A stretch of 64,000 bases of DNA, taken from positions 86,428,001 to 86,492,000 of the forward strand of contig CM060731.1 of the NCBI GenBank assembly GCA_030704615.1, given 5' to 3'. This document shows, one piece after another, positions 36,071 through 48,501 of this stretch. The translations under genes and the position numbers were made by a program. The notes beneath the pieces were generated by a model. It saw only the letters and a list, made by a program, of their open reading frames with translations. It made no database searches and was not told the DNA's origin. The number at the start of each line of letters is the position of its first letter. Position 1 is the stretch's first letter. The stretch comes from Takakia lepidozioides (lineage: Eukaryota; Plantae; Bryophyta).

Positions 36071-38479
36071 TCAACGTTCCTTCCGCTTGTGAGGTCGCCC
36101 TTCAAAAGCTGCAACCGCCTCAGATGCGTTTCCCATTTCTGAGGCACGCACCCAAGATGCCTTCACATGATGATAGCCCTTCCATTTCACGAGATATTCC
36201 GTTTCTCGATTCTTGAACCTCCTCGACTTAAGCACTGCCTCCACCTCGTACTCAGGTTCATTTTCATGATCCAACAGCACAGGTGGCGGACGCAACACTT
36301 GATGCCGATTCGGACGCGCTTCATCTTTGAAGTAAGGCTTCAAAAGGGAGATGTGGAATACCGGGTGCACCTTGCTGTTTGCCGGCAGCTCCAATTCATA
36401 CACGTCCTCATTTATAACCTTCCGGATGCGAAAGGGTCCTGCATACGGAGGTACGAACTTCGGACTCACTTCCGGAGGTAGTCGGAAATCTTGATGTTCA
36501 ACCAGACCTCCATGCCTGCCTCAAACTTAACTTCCCTCCGCTTCCGATTTGCCTGCCGTTCATACTGTTTCCTAGCTTTGGCAATGTTGTACTTTGCGAG
36601 CTTCAACAAACGCTCGCGTTCTTCCAGTACCGCCGCTGCTGCCAGTTCCTCAACATCCTAGGCGGCCCAACTTGTCGGCACCAGAGGTGCTTTTCCATAG
36701 ACCAATACGAAAGGGGAAACTCCCGTTGCGGAGTGTTTTGTGTTATTATAACAGAACTATGTCGCGTCCAAGTGCGCTCCACCCTGTCTGATTGGTCTGT
36801 CGACACGTAATTCCGCAAGATCTGCTTCACCACGGAATTCACTCTTTCCGTTTGGCCATCCATCGTAGGTCGGAAGGCGGTGCTCATCTTGAGTCTCGTC
36901 TCTATCTTCTTCCAAAGTGCCCTCCAAAATTTACTCGTAAACTTTGGATCGCGGTCCGAGACAATATCCTTCGGGAGTCCATGATGCTTGAAGACGTGGG
37001 CAAAGTAAAGTCGCCCCGTCTCCTGCGCCGTTGCCGTCTCCTTGGTGGGGATGAAATGGCCCATTTTACTGAACCTATCCACTACCACCATGATCGCATC
37101 GAATCTTTTTGACAGCGGCATAGCAGTCATGAAATCCATCGAGACACTTTCCCAAGACCCCTCTGGAATCCGTAAGGGTTGTAACAGCCCCGCTTGCTTT
37201 TTGTTCTCGCTCCGGTTTTGTTGGCATGTGGTGCATGTCTTGACATACTCCTCGGCCTCCTCCCTCAGTTTGGGCCAGAAATACTCTTTCTTCAAGAGTG
37301 CCGCGGTGCGCTTGGCTCCGCCGTGGCCCGCAAGTGGACCATCATGGCATTCTCTCAAGAGACTATCTCTGATCCCTCCTTTCGGCACGTAGAGACGCTT
37401 TTGCTTATACCGGAGCAGTCCATTTTGCAAGTGAAACTGCGATTTAACCCCCATCCTCAAGTCCCGCATCACGGACTTCGCCATCTTATCCTTCCGGTAA
37501 GCCTTCCGGATCTTCCTTTGGAGCGCCGTCTCACCCTTGTACACCAACATGAGTTGCTGCTTTCTACTTAAAGCATCAGCCACCGCATTGTCCCGTCCCG
37601 GTTTGTACTGGATATCCACGTCGAACACCGCCAAAGTATCTTGCCACCTACGTTGTTTTGGGGACAACTTAGGCTGCGTGGTAAAATACTTCACCGTGAC
37701 ATTGTCCGTGAACACCTTCACCGGGTTGGAACCAACATAGTGGCGCCAAAGCTCAAGGCAATGCACCACCGCCTTCATTTCTTTCTCATGCGTAGGCCAC
37801 CATCGCTCCACTTTATTCAATTTCTTACTTTCGTAAGCCACTGGACGTCCATCCTGCATAAGTACACCCCCTATTGCAAAGTCCGACGCATCTGTATGAA
37901 TCTCAAATGGACGGTCGAACTCCGGGATTTTGAGGACTAGAGCTTCCGCCATCCGTTGCTTCAACTCGGCAAAAGCTTGGCCACAAAAAGTGTTCCATAC
38001 CCAGACTTTGGATTTACACAGAAGGTCTGACAGCGGCCCCGCGATCTTGGCGAAATTTCTCACATACTTCCGGTAATAGGAGGCGAGTCCTAGGAAGGAT
38101 CGCACTCCCAGGACCGAAGTCGGAGGCTCCCTGTCCAAGATTGCTCTCACCTTTCTGTCATCCATTTTGATCACATCCTGTGTAATCACATGCCCCAGAA
38201 ACTCCACTTTTGTGACCCCAAATTTGCACTTTGAAGCTTTGGCATACAGCTTCCCTTCCCGCAATTTCTGGAACACCCTTTTGAGGTGCTCCAGGTGCTC
38301 CTCGTTTGTTTTTGAGTATACCAACATGTCGTCGATGTACACGATCACACAGTCATACAGCCACTCCTGGAAAAGGCTGTTCATCAGCGTGCTAAAGGTC
38401 GCGGGTGCATTGGTGAGCCCAAAATGCATCACCAAGAACTCATATGAACCAAACCTTGTCCTGCACACGGTCTTCTCCT
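36071..38479 (-). pseudogene. Chromovirus pol C-terminal part: RT (YIDD), RNase H, integrase, chromodomain
   Basis: FGLTNAPATF, VYIDDML, HTDASDFAIG, HHCC (CHDG..GH..CTTC), SDRDPKF, GQTERVN, GPF, YEVEAVL...YLVKWKGY. Confidence 0.95.
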
Positions 38480-39660
38480 TGTCAAGTTAAATAAACACAG
38501 TGTGAAACTAACTAGAATAAAACTAGTTATTTGTATTTAACACTTGGATTTAGTTCAAGTGTTAAGTCAAGTGTCAAGTTTGAGCTTGACACCTGAACTA
38601 TCTTATCTTCACGAGAGCGTCAGTCGCGCAGCTCATCTCTCTCGAGTTGAGCCTGCGCGACCGAGCTCCTTCATCGCTTCAGGACTAAGTGTGCTTATGA
38701 TGGGAGTATAGGTTGTTGTGGGGTGGAGTCCCCATAGCTTGGGGTGCCCCTGGCTCGACTTCTATTTTAAAGAGTGATAGCGATGGATTCATGTTGTTTC
38801 TGGTGTGAACAGTGTGTCTCTATGCTTGTTTATCACTCGAGAGAGATGACCGTTATCTAGTGTGCTGGTGCTAAGCTAGATACAATGTTTGTTTTAGCAT
38901 TATTATAATATATATCTTGGGGCGGGAGTCCATCTGGCCCTGCTGTTTCCATGGGCTGTGCGCGCAGATTTAGTTGTCGTCTCTCCTCGTGAGTTTGAAA
39001 ACCAAGAGGTGTGGAGGTTGAAGACGTTGATAGTTGGCTTCCCTACTCTCTTTCACTTGGACGGAGGGAGACGAGACTTGTGTAAGCTTTGGATTCGGAC
39101 CCAAAACAGTCGGAAGTGGCTGGATCACGAAGTGCAAACAGTTTGGGGTGGCGTCATCCCTGGTTGTGGTGGCTTCCTCTGGTGGAGGTGCTGCTGCTGC
39201 ACCTGCCGGAGAAAAGGAGAAAATGTGCAGGAGTGTCGAGACTAAGTATGCAGACATAGGCAGTGAAATGAGAGGCCTGGCAGAGTGGATTGAGAGTTGG
39301 TTGCAATCTCCTTAGTGAAAGAAAATTTAATTTGCCGTGGAGACACAAGATGGTGGAGGTGGCATGGCGATGTCTGTGAGCTCGGTGTTGGCAGAGTGTG
39401 GAGCGTTGTGCTTCATCTCTGTCGGACGTTGTGTCCTCTTTGCTGATGCAGCTTTGACGATGGAGACTCAAGTGTCTGGCAATCCATTTCTTCTCGCTTG
39501 CACTTCCTGCGTTTCCTCTTTGCGATTGCGCGTTCTATGATGGAATGGCGGAGAAGGTGATGTAAGAGAAGTGTGGAGGTGTGGGGCTCGGGGGCAGCAA
39601 GGGAGTGAATGCTAATTGGATGGAGGCAGTCACAAGAAGGAAGCGCGGTAGAGTGCCAAT
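38480..39660 (+). mobile_element. 5' end of the DNMT-bearing Gypsy element: LTR segment B (38480-38835), self-priming PBS (38836-38849), 5' leader
   Basis: 38480-38835 is the reverse complement of 41549-41905. CTCGAGAGAGATGA is complementary to 38633-38646. Confidence 0.85.
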
Positions 39661-41462
39661 CGGAAGGCACTCAACACCTGGCTCTTGGAGCTAGAGCAGT
39701 ACTTCCGGGCGGCCAAGTTGAGTGACGAGGATCGGGTGGAAGTGGCTCCCACCTATTTGAGGGGCTATGCTCAACATTGGTGGCAGAAACGCCTTCACGA
39801 CCGAGGTCCAAACCCGGAAACCTTGAATTGGAGTGGGTTCAAGGAACTGATGAAGAGACAGTTTGTGCCCTCAACGCGTCCTGGCTCGCCCGGGACAAGA
39901 TGAGGAATTTGAAGCAAACGAATGACATTCGGGGATATGTTCAGGCTTTCAATGTGCTATTGCTCAAAGTCGTGGACATGGCAGAACCAGAAATGGTCTT
40001 CAACTTTGTGGCGGGACTGGCCCCATGGGCCAAGCGGAAGTTGGAGGAAAAGCCACCTAAGACCTTGAATGAGGCAATTGAGAGGGCTGAATGCTTCTCG
40101 GATGTCCCTAGGGGCGAAAGACAAGGCCGTACGGAGTTGAACCACAAGAAGACCCGGCGGGAAGGTGACTCCTTTCGACCGGAAAAGAAGTGGGATAGGC
40201 CACGCGGCGACAATGGCACGTGGAAATCGAAGGGAGGGCCTTCACATGCCAAGACGACACCCGGTGCTCCGAAAGGAAAATCAGATGCGACGCCTTATTG
40301 CGGACAAAAGGCGACCTACGATGGAGTGTGCTTTAATTGCGGGGAGCCCGGGCACATGGCTAAGAAGTGCGCAAAGCCCCGAAAATTGAACATGACTCGG
40401 GCGACCACATAGTTGTCGGAAGATTCCATCAGCCGCTTGGTGGAAGCGGTGGTCGCCAAGACTTGCAAGGTAGGCAACTACTCTTGTGAGTTGTATCAGG
40501 AAACTGGCGCCCTACGTAAAGGGAGTCAGTTATTGTTCATGGATGGGATAATTTCTGGAACTAACGTGTCGTTGTTGGTGGACACAGGAGCATCGCACTC
40601 CTTCCTGACACCGGCAACGGCACGAAAGTTGGGGCTCCCGACAAGTGACGTGGGGGCCTCTATTGAGGTGCGTTCTGCCAAAGGAGAACCACAATTGGCG
40701 ACGAGGTTGGCGTTCAATGTTCTTCTTCAACTGGGGAGTTGGGAGGGACGTGAGAACTTCACCATTTGCGAGATCGATGGAGTGGATCTCATTTTGGCGA
40801 TGACCTTTTTGAGCAAATCCGGAGTGGTCATAGATGGCCGCAAGAGAGTAGTCACGCTGTCATGTGGGAATGGTGGCGAAGTTTTACGAGTGTCAGAAAC
40901 ACCCAAACCCGTGGGAGGGCGAATAAACCTTCTGTCAGCAAGAGAGTGGGCCGTAGAGGAGCCACACGAACCCCAGTTTTTGCTTTACGTAAGACAAGTG
41001 AAAGGATAAGGCGATGGGGAGCTGAGCCCAGATTGGATCAAGGGGATCTTGGAGAAATACCAGAATGTGATGCCGGAGGATTTACCAAGTGGCTTGCCAC
41101 CGCGAAGGGGAGTTGACCACAAGATTGAGGTGATACCGGGATCGGAGCCGCCTGCCAAGGCGCCCTACCGGTCGCCACAGAGAGTTGGTCGAGCTGAAGA
41201 CTCAGCTCAAGGATCTAATGTCAAAGGGGTATATCCGGCCGAGTAAGTCACCTTACGGAGCCCCGGTGCTATTCGCAGACAATGATGGGACGCTGCGGAT
41301 GTGTGTCGATTACAGGGCTCTGAATAAGGTGACTATAAAAAACCGGTACCCTTTGCCAAGGATCGACGACCTTTTCGATCGGTTGGCAAGAGCGAAGTAT
41401 TTCAACCGGATCGATTTGCGCTCCGACTATCATCAAATTCGAGTGGCGGAAGGAGATGAGGA
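39661..41462 (+). pseudogene. Chromovirus gag (CCHC), protease and RT N-terminus, now inverted
   Basis: [69 protein letters not shown]; continues as EKTVCRTRFG at 38479 on the minus strand. Confidence 0.93.
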
Positions 41463-42252
41463 TGTCGTGCGCATATATATCGCTACACAACTACATCGCT
41501 GTCCAAACCACACCACACATATATGCACAATAAAGTAGTCTGCCACAATGATAAACAAGCATAGAGATACACTGTTCACACCAGAAACAACATGAATCCA
41601 TCGCTATCACTCTTTAAAATAGAAGTCGAGCCAGGGGCACCCCAAGGTATGGGGACTCCACCCCACGACAACCTATACTCCCATCATAAGCACACTCAGT
41701 CCTGAAGCGATGAAGGAGCTCGGTCGCGCAAGCTCAACTCGAGAGAGATGAGCTGCACGACTGACGCTCTCGTGAAGATAAGATAGTTCAGGTGTCAAGC
41801 TCAAAACTTGACACATGGCTTAACACTTGAACTAAATCCAAGTGTTAAATACAAATAACTAGTTTTATTCTAGTTAGTTTCACACTGTGTTTATTTAACT
41901 TGACAGCTGTCGTGCGCATACATATCGCTACACAACTACATCGTTGTCCAAACCACACCACACATATATGCACAATAAAGTAGTCTGCCACAATCGCCCC
42001 CCTAGCTGGTAGATAGGTCCTTTTACCTCCAGATAGCTACAAGATGTAATAGCCACAGCCGTACTAAGTCCTCTATCACTGTCCCTATTGTACTCAAACT
42101 CTATAGACCAAGAGGCCGGGTACAAGAGTAGCCCCATCGTTAGTCGCCGTCTTGCAATCTGTGAACTTGAGCCAAGATCTCGTGTGTTCAAGGTCTCCTA
42201 GTAGCTTGGCCTTGCATTTCTTGTTAGCCTTCCATGGTTGTATCCACTCCCA

Positions 42253-43935
42253 CTATCCAATGCAATGTGGACATAACCAATCCCCATTCGGAACCATCTC
42301 AAGAGGTGGTGTCAAGCATCCCATATGCCAACCTCTAGAGCATCGATCACACACCAGCATGGTGGCTGGCCCTCTAGCAGACCCACACAACATGCACCTC
42401 AAACCTGCAGATACCACTGCCAGGTTTGGGTCAATCCTGCCATCGACATTTGGAAGGTGACATGGCGCACAATTACGCACATGGTCCTTCCAAGTTATGC
42501 CATCCCGACCCTCCAAGACCAAGACGCCTGAGGGCAAGACCTCTCGAACCCTCAAAATAACACGTCCTGCAGTCACATCCAAGGTCGTAGGAGCAGTCTG
42601 CTGCAGATAGACATAGTCACCAGGGTTGAATCTCCGAACCCCAGGACGATAGCCCCCACCACGTATGGTAGCATACCTCAACGTATCACGGTGTTGTGCA
42701 ATGGCAAGGTTCTCGAAAGCCATGGGCATGACTTTCTTGAACAACTCTGCACGCTGCTCACATGCACGTGCCCACACGTCCGGATCGTCAAGATTAAGAA
42801 CTGTAGCAGCTTCTCTGCGAATGGATGTAGGCAAATCCGGCTCTCGGCCAAAGAGAAGAAAGTATGGTGAGAAGGAGGCAAGTGATGCTTGCTTGCTGAA
42901 CCTGTAGCCCATGGCTAACCAGGGTAACTGAAGGTCCCAATCTCCTAGGTGTCCCTTCTGCAAGCCATACTTGCGCAAATCCCTCTTTACTGTCTGAACA
43001 ACTCTCTCTGCCAAGCCATCGGCCTCAGCATGATCCCGAGAAGTGGTGCGGTGGTCTATCAAGGCTTTGTCACACAAAGCCTGAAACTCCCCCAAGAAAT
43101 CTCTCCCTTGGTCCGTGAGTACCTCAGCTGGAGCACCGAATCGGCTAAGCACACAATCCAAGAATGCATACGCAGCTCCCTCACTAGCCTTATCAGGCAA
43201 TGGAACCAACTCAATCCATTTGGAGAAGTGCTCCACCATCACCAACACGTACTTGTTGTGACGCATGGTCAGTGGCAACGGCCCTGCGAAGTCAAGACTC
43301 CACCTGTAGCCCAATCCCATGATCGGAAGAGGGTGCAATTGTGGAGTAGGGGCGTTGAATGAAGCACGCACCCTGTCACACACCATGCACCTAGCCACAA
43401 ATTGTTGCACCTCTGTGTGCATACCACGCCACCAATACTGCCCCTGTAGTAGGCTATGGGTGCATCGCACCCCAAAATGCCCCAACACCTCGTGGGCATG
43501 CCGCACTAACCGTGCCCGCTGTGTTGGGTGAGGCACAATCCTCACTCGACCATCCTCCCACACTTGGAGTAGGTGTGTCCCCTCCCACTTGAACCTCATG
43601 GCTCGTTGTAGGATCCGATCCCTCTCCTTGGCAGTCACAGTGGCTGCAGTGTCTCCAGTGCTGAGGTAGTCCAACACAACTGAATCCTCATGTATATCTT
43701 TGGCGCCACCTTGCTCATTGCTGGCCTCAGGGTCCTCAGACACTTGATCTACAGTCATCCCTGTTGTAGGTCCAACCTGGCCTCCCATTGCCAAGATACA
43801 CAGAAATGCAGATGCATGCCATCCGGGCACCATCTCCTCGTCCGTCTCACCATGCCACCGAGCTCCAGTGTCATCCTGCTGGCTCGTGCATGGATTGCGA
43901 CTCAACCCATCTGCATTGCGATTGACCAAACCCGG
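42253..43935 (-). CDS. Integrase (HHCC, DDE core) with C-terminal PHD finger
   Basis: HEVLGHFG..CMVC, SLDFAGP, LTDQG, GLAERVV; CMLCG...LVCDRCSRGWHMGCLTPPLEMVPNGDWLCPHC. Confidence 0.93.
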   Translation of the reverse strand, partial: PGLVNRNADGLSRNPCTSQQDDTGARWHGETDEEMVPGWHASAFLCILAMGGQVGPTTGMTVDQVSEDPEASNEQGGAKDIHEDSVVLDYLSTGDTAATVTAKERDRILQRAMRFKWEGTHLLQVWEDGRVRIVPHPTQRARLVRHAHEVLGHFGVRCTHSLLQGQYWWRGMHTEVQQFVARCMVCDRVRASFNAPTPQLHPLPIMGLGYRWSLDFAGPLPLTMRHNKYVLVMVEHFSKWIELVPLPDKASEGAAYAFLDCVLSRFGAPAEVLTDQGRDFLGEFQALCDKALIDHRTTSRDHAEADGLAERVVQTVKRDLRKYGLQKGHLGDWDLQLPWLAMGYRFSKQASLASFSPYFLLFGREPDLPTSIRREAATVLNLDDPDVWARACEQRAELFKKVMPMAFENLAIAQHRDTLRYATIRGGGYRPGVRRFNPGDYVYLQQTAPTTLDVTAGRVILRVREVLPSGVLVLEGRDGITWKDHVRNCAPCHLPNVDGRIDPNLAVVSAGLRCMLCGSARGPATMLVCDRCSRGWHMGCLTPPLEMVPNGDWLCPHCIG

Positions 43936-44400
43936 CATCAAAGATCTCCTCTGGTGTCGGCATGGCATACCTATCGGACTTGGTCTGACGATTTACAGGC
44001 CGGTAATCACCGCACATACGTCTCTCCGTCCAATTGCCATAGACATCCTTCTTGGCTGGCATCACTGTGGCTGAAGCATACTCTCTACCAGAGAGCTCCA
44101 CCAAACCTGCCTCCCAAAGATCCTGAGTTCTCATCTGAATCAAGGACCTCTCCATGTCATTGTATCTATAGGGTCTCCGAAAGATTGGCGTGTCAGTAGC
44201 CAATTCAATGCGAATCTCTTGACCCTTCAGTGCTCCCAAGTCCTTCAAACTGAAGGCAAAGCAATTCCTGTAAGCCCTCAGGAACCGCCGCATACGTCGT
44301 CTCTCTCCTCCGGTGACAATGGGTCCAATGTCAGGCTCCCAATTGTCCTCCGTAACTGCAACCTTAAGTCCAGTGGGCTTAGAGGTAGAGGACGCGTCCC
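43935..44400 (-). pseudogene. RT N-terminus; most of RT and RNase H deleted
   Basis: RMCGDYRPVN...YAMPTPEEIFDA joins directly to GLVNRNADGLSR (RNase H end). Confidence 0.85.
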
Positions 44401-44719
44401 GTGGTTGCTATGCTGCAACCTCTTGAGCAGTACTCCCTTCCTGCTCAGTCAATGACAAGGCCTCATCCTGCCCCATCATCTCATCATTGAGAACCTCCTC
44501 AACCCGAGAAGAATCCCCAACCTCATCCATCACAGCTGCCTTGGCTGCCAACTCCCTCTGGACCTCGAGCACCTCCCACGTGTGCCATGGATGTCTACAC
44601 CCCGTGGTCCTCACCGGCTCGCCCCCACTCGCTGCCTGTACCGTCTCGGTAGGCAGAGAGACCGTCAAGGGAAGTGCACTCCGCACTCTACGTTGCTCAG
44701 CCATAGCCAAGCTGATAAT

Positions 44720-45660
44720 CCAGGTCAAGCAATTGAGATCCATTGCTTGCCCCAACACCTGACGACGTGATGCCTCAGAAAGAGAAGGCACCGCCGTGGT
44801 CCCAGTGGAAAACCCCATAGCCCGCTCTCGCTCGTCGGCATTAGGCTCCACTAAGTGTTGCAACTGAGCATCCCACAGGAGGCCAGGTCCACCATCCTGA
44901 AAAGCATGGGATCCTGGGAAGCTGAGCAGTGTAGGTAATGCTGCTCGTGGTTGACCCACCCTGTTGACCACTGCCAAAGGCAAACGGTCATCGTGTCTCA
45001 CACGTTGAGAGTGCCTCCCTGTGTCCAAAATATTGTCCACTATGAGGTGTGTTGGCCGCTACACCCCATCAAATGCACGCTTGAGCAGTGCGGGTGGCAT
45101 CAAGTTAGTCCACCATAACCGTGGACGATGAGCCCGTGATCCCACTGCAGCTGCATCCAGCAGCACTGCTGACCCAAGCCATGACCGGACTTGATGCACA
45201 CTGGCCATCACCCTGGCCCGAGAATCGCCCATCAGTGGCACATTCTCCAAGATGTATGCTGGCGATACAGCTTGATGAAGCTGCAAGTGGCGCAAAATCC
45301 GCACCATCTCCCAAAATAGACCCGTCCTCGAGTCTCGCAATCCATTGCCATGCCCGGCTGATGAATGCCCTTGGCAGGGCCAACCTGCCACTACCAGATC
45401 AATGGAGCCAACCTGTTCTAAATCCGGCGCCCCCAGCAACGAAATGTCTGCTGGCAAGGCTTGTTGGTATCCACGAACTGCAGACACTGGCAACAAAGCA
45501 GGGTACTGCTATACCAACTGAGCAACATGGCGCAGTGAGATGCATCGTGCAGTCTCATCCCTCTCCACATACAGGTAACGCCTTACCCGCACACCTGCCT
45601 GTAGCATAGCAGCCAATCCGGTGCTGATCCCGCCAAACAAGTCCAGAAGGCAAATGCCTT
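44720..45660 (-). pseudogene. C5 cytosine DNA methyltransferase domain (DNMT3/DRM-like) within the retrotransposon polyprotein
   Basis: Motif I LLDLFGG, II YVERD, IV DLVVAGWPCQG, VI YILENV, VIII AHRPRLWWTNL, IX ERERAMGF, X QVLGQAM. Same frame as PR and RT; TAG stops at 45509 and 45059. Confidence 0.93.
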
Positions 45661-45670
45661 CATCCGGATA

Positions 45671-48501
45671 CTACCACACAATAGGTGTGGTATCCAATGG
45701 TGACAACTGAGGTGGTCCTGGTGCAATACCCGCACTCTCCTCCTCTCTTGACGGTACAAAAGCCTCTACCCAGGCTTGTTGCACCCGTCGATCAGCAACT
45801 TGCTGCAAATCCTTGCTCGTACCCCACAATGGAGTGTGAGCAACCATGGCAGGCAACTCCGCCATACCATGCATGTCATCCTGCTCTGCTGGAGGTGGCA
45901 CATCCTCTGCATGGGCATTGCCTTCCAGCAACTCTCCAGGCCAACTAACTGCAGCTGTAAAGGCGGCTAGTGTTGGCATCTTGCCCCGTTGGGCAGACGC
46001 AATACCCCCAATGAATGTCACAGGGAGCTGTGCACGACGACCATCCCCTGACTGCCATCCAAGCCTGTAGAATGCTGACTCCTCCCAAAAGTCCAGGGTG
46101 AAGCCCATGGGGTATAACACTGCCCCACCAATGAGGACATCGTAAGAGACCGCGTCTGTCACAATGGCCTTGGCTCGCATTACTGAGCCATCGATAGGAT
46201 GATCCGGCTGCAGTCTAATGGCCAACTGATGCCGTGTCATGCCCCGAGCCTGCTCTGATCCTCCCAGAGATGTCTGTATCTGGAAAGGACAAGGCTCCAT
46301 ATCCGCCTCCATGAGGCCCAAACCTGCAATAGCAGCTCTGCCCAACATCAGTGGCTGAGCTCCCGAGTCCAACAAGACCCGCAGTGGCCGGTACTTCTTG
46401 CCTGCCGGTCCACTCAAAGAGAAAATGCCATCATGGTTGTCTAACAAAATAACTCCAGGAGTCACCATGGCGCACTCAAAGGCTGGCCTAGCTGACAGCT
46501 CCGTCAACCTGGCAGCTGCAGCTTGCCATGGCGCAGCCGTGGCAGTCTTGACCCTCAAATCCGAGGATCCCTCTGCCACTATACCTTCCACTAACTCCGC
46601 AGAAGATGAAGTGACCTCCCCACTCTCGCAGAGTGTTGCTGCTAGTCTGAACACTGCAGCTGGTCTTACCCCCGGCGTCGTGATCATGGTTGCCGAGAAC
46701 AGTGGGGCTTGACACATAGAGGTGGCTGCCCCCAACATCACACTGGTTGCACTAGCCTTGGCAGCCGGTGCCAGTGTTGTACGTGTAGCTCTCCCCAATG
46801 GCACAATAACGGCCTCTGTATCTGTCGGGCGAGAACTAGGTGCCATGGATGTCGTCGACATTGTCTCCCCCAATGGCATAGAAACCTCCGCCTCGGTAAT
46901 AGTCGGGCGAGAACTAGGTGCCATGGATGGCGTTGACACTATTTCCGCCAAGGTGAATGACTGAGGCAGCCTCGCCTGACGGCTTGCCTCCCCACGTTGT
47001 GGATCAAACTCCACCTCTGCACCTCGTGGCTCAGGAACTCGTGCTGCTCCTCGAGTCACGGCTGCAGCAGACTCCACCTGCTCTAGTGGTAGTGCTGCTC
47101 CGCACATGAATCCCATGCCTCCCATATCTCCTCCCTCAGGAGCAGGAGGTGGACCATCCCGCCTGGGAGCCGGTACCACCTGAGCTGTAGCCATGGCAGC
47201 GAGCCTCTGCTCTAGCTACTTAAGCCGGTTGGCCATGCCTTGGTCAACACCCTGACCTCCGCGTCCTTGGCCATGTTGAGCTTGCCCTTGGCCTGCACCT
47301 CGTGCCCGACCACCTCGTCCTCTCTGGGCTGGTCCACCTCGCCCCCGGCCACCATTGTTCCCTTGGAACTGGCATGGGCGCAACTCAGGATGCAAGTCAT
47401 AACACTGGGCATCTCCATGCCCATACTTGCCACAATGCCCACACTGCAACTGTGCAGGCTGTGTTTGTGCCGGCCTTTTGCCACTCTCTGGGCAATCTCT
47501 CTTGACATGGGGTCCTCCACATGTCCAACATATCACCCCTGGTTGCTGTTGGCCTACAAAAGATGTCACGGGCCTCTGCACCTGAGGTCCCCTGTAAGCT
47601 CCATGGAACTTGGGTTGGGAAACCTTGCCCCCCTGACCACGCTGTTGGGCAGTCCCTTGTGCCTGTGGGCTGGCAGCTGCGCCTCATGCAGGCATGTCCT
47701 TGCCAAACCCAATGGTAACAACTCGCTCCTCCACCAGTTGAGCTCAATCCGCTCAGCCAGCAGAAACACATCTGCTAATGTGGGTTGGGCTGCTTGTAAC
47801 AGGGTTGCATCCCGCACCCTTCTCCTGAGCTCCTTGTCCAAAATTCCATACCAGAACTGGATTGCCTGAGCTTCAGTAACCCCTTGGGTCACACTTATCA
47901 AGCGCCTCATACGAGTGTAGGCCTCTCGCAAGCTCTCACTGGGTTTGCGCTGGAAGTCTTGCAAACTTCGCAGCTTCTCTGTCCGTACACCTTGGTAGTT
48001 CCTCCGCAACTCCTGGAAGAACTCCACCACCGGGTTGAATCTAGGCACATGTGTTGTAGTCGTGGCAGGAGGAGTAGTAGCACCTTTTGAACTGGTACCA
48101 CCTGCAAAAGTACCGGCACTACTTGTTCCACTACTAGTGCTGGCAGTGGGAGATATTGGTACTGATGCAGCTACTGGTCGCGTCGTGCCTCGAGTAATGG
48201 AGACGTAGTTAGGTGACCAATACATCCTCCACTCCTCAATCTCTGCTTCATGTCCTCGCCTGAACTCATGGTAATCGTCCATAGGCGGGCCTTCCAAATG
48301 CTGGAACAGTCCCTTCCACGCCATGAATGGGGTGAATAGCTGTGGATTGCGCATCTGCTGCAAATCACACCAGCTGTCGAACTCCTGGATAAAGTCATCC
48401 AACTTGATTGTGCCCACAGCTCCAGAGTACCTACGAGGCCCCTTGGTAGCTCCATACATCTCCTCCATGTCGTCCCACAACAATGGCGAATGAAACTGCA
48501 C
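45671..48501 (-). pseudogene. gag (two Cys/His knuckles) and aspartic protease of the DNMT element
   Basis: DDFIQEFDSWC, FQRKPSESLREAY, CWTCGGPHVKRDC, CGHCGKYGHGDAQC, VLLDSGAQ, YDVLIGG. Confidence 0.88.
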
